The notes under the pieces: generated by a model | The model's input: only the letters and a program-made list of their open reading frames with translations | Told to the model about the DNA's origin: nothing | Databases searched by the model: none | From: Leptogorgia sarmentosa | Lineage: Eukaryota | Assembly (NCBI GenBank): GCA_964658305.1 | Contig: OZ210885.1 | Location: 1,984,001-2,048,000 of the forward strand | Length of the DNA stretch: 64,000 bases | Reading direction: 5' to 3' | Position numbers and translations under genes: made by a program | Part shown: piece after piece, positions 54,701 through 64,000 of the stretch | Position numbering within the stretch: position 1 is the stretch's first letter | Layout: every line of letters starts with the position of its first letter

Positions 54701-57700
54701 TTGGCAAGAAATACACGGTTTTTAATAGAAAAACATCAATGTTTTGGGCTAACACAAGGTTGCCTGTTTAGATCCAACTGTTTTACGTCCATCTGCCGCA
54801 AAAAGTGAGGATTTTTATTTATATATTTCAAAAAAATGACAAATGTTTTGATGTGTCAAAAAAAATTTGCTCTTCAACCGACAAAAATATATATTATGAA
54901 ACGTTTAAACAGTCCCAAACCTATTTTACAATAAACGCCAGGTATCCTTCTTGATTTTAAACGTTTTATTGCCGCTTTATAACATTTAAAACATGAATAA
55001 ATCGACGTTTTTCGAATGGTGTTATTTTCGGCTTCGCACGCAATTTGAGTACTTTGAATAAACATTGTTTTGGTCAATTTTTAAATGCATTTTTTTCGAC
55101 TGTCAAACCTTCAATCTTCGCGAAATTTCGCACACAGATGTATTTTGCATAGGGTTAAATAATTCCTGAGGTTTGACGTCTTAGTTTCACCTCAGACTTT
55201 CAATAACTCAGAAAAAGTAACCAAAAACGCGCGGTTTTTTGGCTCGTCCATGTCAACAGTGGATTTTTTTCTTATTTTTTAGCCAATTTGCGATAAGTTT
55301 ATTTTGCGAATATAAAATTTAATTATCATGCTATTAATTTAAGTTAATTTTAGTGGCTAACTACTATTTGGGGGCAAGATTTATGTGATTGAAAATGTGC
55401 TCATTTTACTACAAAAATTTAAAAAAGGACTGGGTCTACCTACAAAAACAGCTTCAAACACGGCTTCAACTTCCCCCCCTGACTTAGCGTTCCAGGTATT
55501 TTTAGTTCAATGATAAGGTGTCGCGCATTCGGCCCAAACTCGGTTCGGGCCGTTCGGCTCGGCATACAATCGGCGATGACACGAGACTGAGAATCATGGG
55601 AAGTGTTGTGATAGACGCTCACAAACCGCGTGTATTCAAAATTTCACACAAAGGATTTCATTGCTTGTCGTTGTTCTTGTCTTTTGGGGATAATTTCCCG
55701 TTCATTTAGTTGATTTAATTCAAGACTACAGAAAAGGTTAGTATAATATGCAACTTGTTTATTTTTATTTTGTGATATATCGCTTTATATTTCGTTCAAT
55801 CAGTGTGAACTGCGATGCGCTTCGAAGTTCGAAGTGCTCGTGCTTCAAAAGTGCTGGTTCAATAAACTGAACTGGAACACTAGTGATCAGCACTATAATT
55901 CACAAAATTAATCGCTTCTACATAAAGGTTAATTCTGTATCATATATTCTTACTATGCAACAGAAAAGTCGATTCATAGCTCTTGCCTCGACAATGATGT
56001 GTAACGTTTGTGTATTTGATTAGTAGAGTTACATTTTACAATCCAAATCAATCTAGTAGTTTAGTTAGACTTTGTCAGCCTGGTTTCATCAGTGATATAT
56101 TAAAAACCGAGTATTTCTGCGTAGGAAATTTTTTGTAATTGATTTAGGCTGGTTTTTCAATTTTTTAAAATAGAATTTCAGACAACCAATTATACAGACT
56201 GAGCATACAAAGAGGCAGTGGAAGCGAATTTTTTAAGGGGGGGGGCTTTAAGCAAATAATCACTAGTTAGTAGGGTCATGCATAACTCATCAGGTTTGTT
56301 AAGCAAATAATCACTAGTTAGTAGGGACATAACTCATCAGGTTTGGCAAAAGCAATTAAGCAAACTGATTTTTTTTATATCCTTTCAAAATTTGTTGACT
56401 TAAACTGGCTACAGTAGATCGAGAATATAAACCTGAACTACAATGCCATTGCTATGCTAATTCCATACTGGCTGGCACACATATTGTGTTGAAGATGAAA
56501 ATTGAGAATTACTTGCTTTCAATAAATCGATTAACAAAGCCATCAAAAAGATAACTGCTTAGTTATGTAGAGGGATATACTGTAGCTACATTAGAGAGAC
56601 AGGCTTAATTAATTGATATTTTTCACTTATTAGAGCACCGAAAGTGATGTTTATAAAGCAATGGGACAGATTTTAAAGTATGCTCCGGACAGGGAAGGGG
56701 GAAGTAGAAAGTCTATCTATAATCGATCATTATGGGACATTTTTCATATTAAACATATAGTCCATACACAAGATTGATAACTGTAACTGCAGAAGAATAC
56801 AAAATTTGCCAGGATTCGATCTACATTTCACAAACAATATTGGTAATTTTACCAAACTTGTAAGATGTTCTTTATAATAATTTCGTGGTAACAAATTAAT
56901 TAACGTATAGCTAGTTGATAATAAATTAGTGCAGATAGTATAATATATATAGGTCCAAATTGGAATCGCTTAATTACAGTTCGGTGTTTGTAAATAATCA
57001 AGTGTATTAAAGTATATAATATGTAAGATACTGACTGAGTTCGAAAATAAATATATCATCAAAACAAATTGCAACAGAAAATTTATTAATTTTGATCAAT
57101 TTGCAACTTCGTCGCATTTTCTAACGTACTATCGACGTCGAAAAGTCAACGTTGAATCGACGTCGAAACGTCAACGTTGAATCGACGTCGAAAGTCTAAC
57201 GTCGATTCGATTTGCGTTTTCGACCTGTTTTTCGACGTCGTATCGACGTCGAAAAGTCAACGTTGAATCGACGTCGAAAGTTCAACGTTGAATCGACGTC
57301 GAAAAGTTAACGTTGAATCGACGTCGAAACGTCAACGTTGAATCGACGTCGAAAGTCTAACGTCGATTCGATTTGCGTTTTCGACCTGTTTTTCGACGTC
57401 GTTTCGACGTCAGGTAGTAACGTCGATTCGACGTTGAATCGACGTCGGTGTGCTTACTGGGTTAAGGTCGGCTCATACCGGCGTTTTTTGCTGCGATTTT
57501 AAATGCCATTTTCTCCAGTTGAACGATCTAAAGGAGTTGATCAGTTAAAAATGTTCCAAGTTATGAAATCTTATAACAACTTTGATAAGTAATCTGCTCC
57601 TTCACATTATTAAATCTAAAGGAGAAAATCGCAGCAAAAATCGCCGGTGCAAACGTGTCACACAGGTATGCGAGTTGAGCATAATTGTATGATATAAATC

Positions 57701-58471
57701 ATGATACAGAATATTGTAAATTATAATAATTTTAGCGGGCATTGTGGTCTATTTTGGGGGCTAAAATGATAAATTTGGCGGACAAAAATAAATTTTAGCC
57801 CGCTGATCTAAAGCGTATACCGTTGCATGATCGTTTTTCATTTTTTTATACAATAATTGCCCTTTCAAATCATTATAATAGTAATACATTAATTTTGATG
57901 TTCTTGGGCATCATAAATGAGTCGCTGCGCTCGGGCTAAAATGAGTCTGAGTCGGGCCAAAAACATATTTATGCCCGCGAACATCAACTCTATTGTTATA
58001 TTATTCTTAACTTTAACCATTGTCCACTAGAATCTGAAAACAGTTAGTGTAGTGACAGTACTCATTTTATCTTCTATCACTTCTACTATGTTTGAGGTAA
58101 CTAAATAATATTAGGCTATATAATACTGTACTGGTGTGTTGTAGTCAAAAACAAAAATTTTGACTATTTAGATTGAGGAAATTAAAATAGTTTTCTTATA
58201 ATCATGCAGCAGTAAAAGAAGCCTGATAGACTTATCATGTTTATAATTGTCTTCGTAATATTATATTTTTACGATGTATATGCATTTGTAAATGAAAAGC
58301 AATTAACAAAATGAGTCCATATGTCTGCAGTTAACGTTGACACCTACCATGATCTTCTACCTTCATGAAGTATTTGTGAGATTTCAAAAATGAATCTGTC
58401 TTATGTCCGTCAACCGCCACAGAGCAAAATAGAATATCCAAAAACGATAAATGCAATATAATACAAAGCAT
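51792..58471 (-). CDS. G7: duplicated 5' half (signal peptide, PAN, linker, ILEI-1) of G6; may splice into G6 exons
   Basis: Exons 58471-58348, 52692-52478, 52206-52155, 51938-51792, near-identical to G6 exons 1-4 with intact splice sites. I found no ILEI-2/3/4 exons of its own. Confidence 0.75.
53256..54212. repeat. 61-bp tandem repeat rich in CGACGTCG palindromes, about 16 copies
   Basis: Direct reading; related 23-bp units at 57132-57447. Confidence 0.92.
54552..55512. mobile_element. Nested 961-bp MITE with 29-bp TIR and 8-bp TSD (P- or hAT-type)
   Basis: Perfect TIR cattgaactaaaaatacctggaacgctaa; TSD ataaggtg at 54544-54551 and 55513-55520. Confidence 0.88.
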
Positions 58472-60056
58472 TGTCTGTCGATGAATCAACAGTGGACCTA
58501 CATGTGATATCCGATGTGTATTCAAGCCGAAAGACAAGCAAATTGGATGCATGTGATTAAGACAAATCAACATTGCAGGTGGATGGAAAAATACATACAC
58601 AGGCAGACGTGCTTTAATGAAAAACGCACATGCAAATTATAATATCATCAAAATCAAATTACAGCAGGTTCATCCCGCTGTGTTCGCATGTTGTGTTTCG
58701 GTCATTAAATGGCAATCGGGAACATATACGATAGCGAAGAAAAAAGAAAATTACAGATGCATACACATCAACGCTAACCCCATGCAACTCGTTTTTTGTT
58801 TGAACAACCGTGACGAAGCAATAACAGTAAGTCAATTCACACAAAACTCCAAAACAGCTTTAACATTTTTCTATAACGCAGCTCATTGAAGGGCTGCGGA
58901 AATTATATATTCACCCTGTCTGGCACATCCACTTCTGCAGCCCATCTATTGCGAAACCCTATACACTGTGCTTCCTACGCTAAAATTAAAAAATCATAAA
59001 ATGCAGTATAAATTTAATTGTTTAAATTTCAATAAATTAACACTCTCTTAAATATAATCTCTCTAATTCTACAATTCAGTGGTACCGGCGCGAGGGGGGG
59101 GGGGGGGGGGATGGAAGCAACAAAAGGATTCTTATAACCGTGATGTATAGGTTTCCCCCCTTCTTTCGACATCAGGTGACACCAGGCCAGGGTCAATGAC
59201 TTTATTAGTTATTTCCCACAGTGAATTTCATTTCTAAGGCCTGGCAGGACTATAGAAAATATTGTAGTTATTGCAACGATTAATATCAGTGGAAAAATGC
59301 TTTATTATTGACAGGGATGAACACTATAATTATCGTTTCCTTAATACGACGTCTTGTATAACCTTTTCCTTACACCCAATCTGGTACGAGAATGTAATAA
59401 ACTAAAAGACACTTTATAGTGTATGAATATAAACACTGCAGCATTTTATAATAAACTACATGTAAAACATTCATTCTTGACTTCTTCGCGGAAGAATGCC
59501 ACGTATTTTAAAAGATAACTATTTATAAACAATCAGGCTAACGTGTTAAAATTTGATACGTGAACATCATGATATAAAAAACCATTGAAGAAAATAGTCA
59601 ATTCCTTCGATGCAGGCGCACCAGGTTCAAATTAATTTATATTAAACCTAGCTGCACTAGTAGAATAAACATTTCCTATTGGCTATGTTAATCATGTAAT
59701 TATTATAATTTTTATCTTGACCATGTGGATCTGTTACCTTGTACACAGGATCTACTGTAAAAACACACGTATGTTTTTTGAGGTGTAAAATGAATGGATA
59801 TAAATAAATCGCATTAGCAGCAGTTTGTATAGAGTTATATCTTAACTGTCTATATTAGCAGTAATGCCATGCAACCTGCATTTATTGTGGTATTTTGATC
59901 AATCCAACCCAGGAGTATACTGTATATTTCGGCGAGAGTCTAGTGTGATTGCTATAGCTATAATTTTAATTACAGCGAGTAAGGCACGTGATTTAGTTAG
60001 AAAATAATGTAATCATATTACAGAGTTATCAACATTGTTTTCTTGGAAACCTTTCA

Positions 60057-61930
60057 TTACATAATTTCCACATTGTAAAGCTTCTTCTTATCAAAAAGGC
60101 TGGACCGTCGTCTTTTTATCCACACAACAACTGCAAGTATTGCCAAAAATACGAGGAACAACACTCCTGCGGCGACAGGGAAAATAAGATTTGACATCGT
60201 CTTTCTCCGTGTCTTCTGAGAAGCATTGAAATGCGTTGGTGAAACATTTTTGACTTCTAAAAGGAGAAGAAATTATAGTAAATTGGAAAGAAAATGACGT
60301 TAATTTTGCTCATGGAAAAAAAGATTTGCATGAAATTAGAAACATCTAATACATATCGATTTGTTGGGCCATTATAATTATAATTATACAAATCGTCAAA
60401 GTCTCCAATTTCTTGCTTCATTGTCATTGGTCCAGCGAGAGCACTATGCACTTTGGGGAATAACGAGAAACATCACGTGCGCAATCACGTGAAGATGCGA
60501 CCCATGCGTGTAACTTTGTGGCATAAATTATTTCGTGTTCAATATATTTTCGTTCACCTGTTGTTACCAAGGCCAAGCGACCGAGGGTGTCGGGGGGGGG
60601 GGGGGGGGGGGTCTAACACCTCCCAACTACTTGTATAACATAGTCGCAGATTCAGTAAACTTTGGTTGCTTGCTCAGTTCAGATTGTTTACATCACATGA
60701 TAGAGATACACAGATTCTTCGGTCGATACAACAATAGCTCAGTAAAACATGTTGGCAATTAAAGTAAATTGAACGTTGTCCTAATATTGTGAATATACTG
60801 GATTTTCATTACTATGGAGAAGTAGCTTTCAAGGTTCAAATAATATTTGACGGGGGGGGGGGTTGGCTTTGGGTTATGGTTCTCCCAATAATGATTTGGT
60901 TTTGACAAAACCAGTCACTGTATTTATAACTACTAAGAACATTCATGAAGTCAGTATAAAAAATGATACCCAATACAGCTATCCAGAGCAGCGAATAAGT
61001 ACAAAATATACCTAACAAAAAGGAATAGAAAACTCCGGCTGGAAAAACCATTTCCGAACGTCTGCAGATTTCCAGATTCTCTAAAAATTTTCACTAGGCG
61101 CCAATCATGTTAGCGCTTCATTGCTAAGCGACGATAACACTATAGGTCATAGGGGGAGGACAATGTGTTCAATTTTTACAATTTACCTGACGGGCTTGTG
61201 GAAGGGCTTGTGGAAGGAAAATTTCTTTGGCATTCGTGATAAGAGGCAACACACTTTTTCTTATAGTCGCAATATAATTCTGACGATGGACACCAATGCT
61301 CCTTCACATCTGAAGTAACAAAAATATTAATTTTGTCAATGTACTAACTGTTTTACATTTGATTTGCAAAATTGCTCTTATACTAATAGCTATATCAAAG
61401 GATATAAAAATCGAATCAAATTATCACCATTTACAATGTCAAGTAGTCTGATCTTCTACTGATCGGATTCGAGGATTTTGGTAACAAAGGTTACCAAGCC
61501 CCAAATTAATCCACACCAAAACTGAAAATTACATCTTTTCAAATAATTCAACAATAACTGTACTTACGAAGAAAAATGTCCTCAGATGCCTGCTTTGTGT
61601 CGGTTCCAGAAAGATATTGCGCATGGCAGCGATACATTCCTTGATCTGAGAGTGAAGCCCCTTTTATTGAAAATTTGCATCGCTTGCTAGAAGTTTGGTA
61701 GTCAACAGTACACTTTCCAGGAACTATTTGTTCTCCATTGGGCAGAGTAAAACTAACCAGCATCAGACTAAAGAGATGTAGATGTTCTTCGGGATTTAGC
61801 AGTTCCACCCGGCAGCTCAGAGTAACACGTGATTTTAATGGAACAACGTTTGTCTCTGTTTTCGTTCCATCGAATTTTGCTTTTGCTGATAAAGTGATAA
61901 AGACTTCGTCATGTTTAAACACAGGATCGC
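60057..61930 (-). CDS. 3' exons of an Ig-domain type I membrane protein (Ig domain, Cys-rich/Ser-Thr-Pro stalk, TM, short tail)
   Basis: Exon 61930-61568 carries Ig motifs VTLSC and DQGMYRC. Exon 61309-61187 reads WCPSSELYCDYKKKCVASYHECQ...STSPSTSPS. Exon 60256-60057 reads LIFPVAAGVLFLVFLAILAVVVW then IKRRR...LYNVEIM*. All junctions are phase 1 GT-AG. Upstream exons not identified. Confidence 0.8.
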
Positions 61931-62230
61931 CTGAAAGGAATATTAAACAATTATTGAATGAGGTCGAGTAGGATATGAGGAATTGGTTTAATGGCCGAGG
62001 TTTGTGTTATTTTTCTCCGCTTTTAATGTAAGCAGCATAAATTAGTTTACGTCATAGTCTCATATAACTTTCAATTATATACGACATAATTACGTCATAA
62101 TGTCGTATATGTGTTTTATCGAGCAGATATGACGAATTCACCCACTGCTCTTAACCAATCAAAACTCTTGAATTATAATGAATAAATAATATTGAATAAC
62201 ACGGATCACATCAGTTCATTTATGCACAGA

Positions 62231-62628
62231 CAGGGTTGTCCCAGAAAAAACGGAACCCGTATAAATGATCATGGAATCCGAGAGCACAGAAATATCAAGC
62301 TCACAAACTAATGTGAATAATAATTATCATAAATATAAAAATTAAGGCCAAATGGTAAACCGCCCTCTTGCAAACGCTCAGAACTGCGGGCCGATGACGA
62401 AACACGCGGGCCGTAAATGCATTTGCAGCCCTGCTTACTATTGGTCGAGCGAACATCACGCCATTCCCTTTGACCAATCAGAATCCGGAAGCCAGTGGCT
62501 TGGAACCAGTGGCTTACTACGCGGGCCACAAATAGACAATATGGCCTCATAAAGTCGTATTACATTATTGTGAATAAAAATTTCATTGAATGCATATGCA
62601 GGTTCCGTTTTTTGGGGTGGAAACCTTG
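62231..62628. mobile_element. Tc1/mariner-like MITE (degenerate)
   Basis: cagggttgtcccagaaaaaacggaacc / ggttccgtttttggggtggaaaccttg, right end followed by TA. Confidence 0.55.
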
Positions 62629-64000
62629 TATAATCCCGTCGAAGACTAAAGTTTTTGAAATTGCATGATATCTTCCAAAAATTAAAGACTTCAAATCACA
62701 TATCGCAACTCATAAACCAAAATTTAATTTAAATCTTTCTGTATGCTATACTCGTGACACTCTACATGCGATTATTTCTTTCCGATGCACAATTGCCCTT
62801 GTAGACTTTTATTTCGAAGTTCTGACGGACAAAGAGGCCTTTGTCTTATGATAATGATAATGCTTGAAAATATGTAAACCTCTTAATCTTTCTTCTCAAC
62901 ACAATACCGTTGTGTTAAGCACTTAAGCATCTTTGTCTTGCACTTATCATTTCAGTTTCCTGTGGTGAAGTTAAATGCACTTACCTTACTAAGCTATTTT
63001 CATTTTGAAACGAACATAGAATGAAACAGGAAATGTTATACACTGTTCTTAATTTAACGATGCCTGAAGTAGGATTTTTCATAAAGAGGGAATAGTAACC
63101 TTTTCGCTAACATATTAGAGGGAATAGTAATCTTTAAGTAAAACTGGAAATATGCAAGGAAAAACTGTCGCTAGCTACTACAAGGGAAAACTGAGGTGTT
63201 TGATCGGTATATTTATTAAAACTGATCGGGAAATTGACCAGAAAAATTTAATTCGTCGATAAAATGTGAGGTCTACATGTAAACACCCGCCGTATATAAC
63301 ACTCATTTCAGAGCATTGCACATTCTGCGACAAAAACTTTATTAGAACAAAATTTCATTCTAAATTTTAAGTGTTGTGGATAAACATTTTCCTTTTCACC
63401 TTAGGGTGATTGCTAATAACAATAGAACATGCACGGACACGTTGGACTGCAAGCCACAATCCACCGATCGGTTCAGATAAATTACATTGTAATTTGAGCA
63501 AGTTCCCGATGTAAAACCATATTAGAGTCGTAGACTAGACCATGCAAAATTTATATAAGTGGGACTTGTAAATTAAAGTATGAGTGGCGTATAAAGATTT
63601 GACATTTACGAAATACTTCAAATTTATGAGGTTGAATATACATTCCCGCACGTAGAAAGAACCCAATTGACTGACCACAAAATTGCTTAGTAATGACTTT
63701 CCAGAATTTCAACCCAGTTCATTTTATCCTACATATAAAACGAAGTTTGAAGGCCCCATTTACGGAGTTGCTACTTTAGCTACAACTTCTCCTGTGATTT
63801 TCTCCTTAGGTGATGTGAACGAGTATACTTGCACTCAGCAAAATTAATTCGATATTATTCGATTCATTTACATCTGACCAAACAGAAGACAAATAAATTT
63901 AGCTCACAATGCTGAGCATTGCATGGGTATGTGATGAAAATAATACACCTGTATAGACTTTAGAAATCCGCTTCGTGTCGCTTTGCGGTATGTGAATTAT

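Larger units (their letters stand above)
53194..57461. mobile_element. Non-autonomous CMC/EnSpm(CACTA)-like DNA transposon
   Basis: Termini CCCAG...CTGGG with imperfect TIR (cccagcaaacacac / gtgtgcttactggg). The 2-bp TSD TT is confirmed by the empty site ctattaaggtcgg at ~44443 in the G6 copy. Subterminal CGACGTCG arrays on both sides. Confidence 0.85.

Noticed and set aside
3770..56345. Hammerhead ribozyme cores (CTGATGA/CTGACGA at ~3770, ~9223, ~47313, ~49072 and reverse at ~56287/56333)
   Set aside because: No properly placed stem II plus GAAA and stem III found by eye; an Infernal search would be decisive.
53191..57465. piggyBac assignment (CCC...GGG followed by TTAA)
   Set aside because: The empty site shows only TT duplicated; the left flank lacks TTAA.
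131..62552. Most short ORFs in the supplied track
   Set aside because: Low-complexity AT-rich intronic or repeat ORFs, many starting at non-ATG codons; only those overlapping the exons or transposon remnants above were used.
62760..63800. Upstream exons of the Ig gene
   Set aside because: Candidate AG/GT-bounded segments had stops or the wrong phase; none can be supported.

Overview
AT-rich, intron-rich eukaryotic (animal) DNA; its repeat types suggest a cnidarian or similar marine invertebrate (inference). About 58 kb is a head-to-tail minus-strand array of seven paralogues (G1-G7) of a small secreted protein. I assembled these by hand from 7 coding exons with consistent GT-AG phases: signal peptide, PAN/Apple-like domain, short linker, and an ILEI/PANDER (FAM3/GG-type) domain over 4 exons (about 287 aa). 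The array is mosaic, with a 6.4-kb segmental duplication, a 2.7-kb partial duplication and exon-limited homogenisation. Six of the seven copies carry a different lesion in the ILEI half: an interrupted exon, an 8-nt deletion, a mutated acceptor, a mutated donor, a 5.4-kb satellite replacing an exon end, and a truncation. The intact copy (G6) has a retroelement 2 bp from its ATG. Introns hold a Kolobok derivative (THAP plus KolX-like remnants), a CMC/EnSpm-like element with a nested P/hAT-type MITE, a probable tyrosine-recombinase (DIRS/Ngaro-like) retroelement remnant containing a phased palindrome array, and several MITEs. The right end holds the last three exons of an Ig-domain type I membrane protein gene. 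All family assignments are from motif recognition only; no searches were run.
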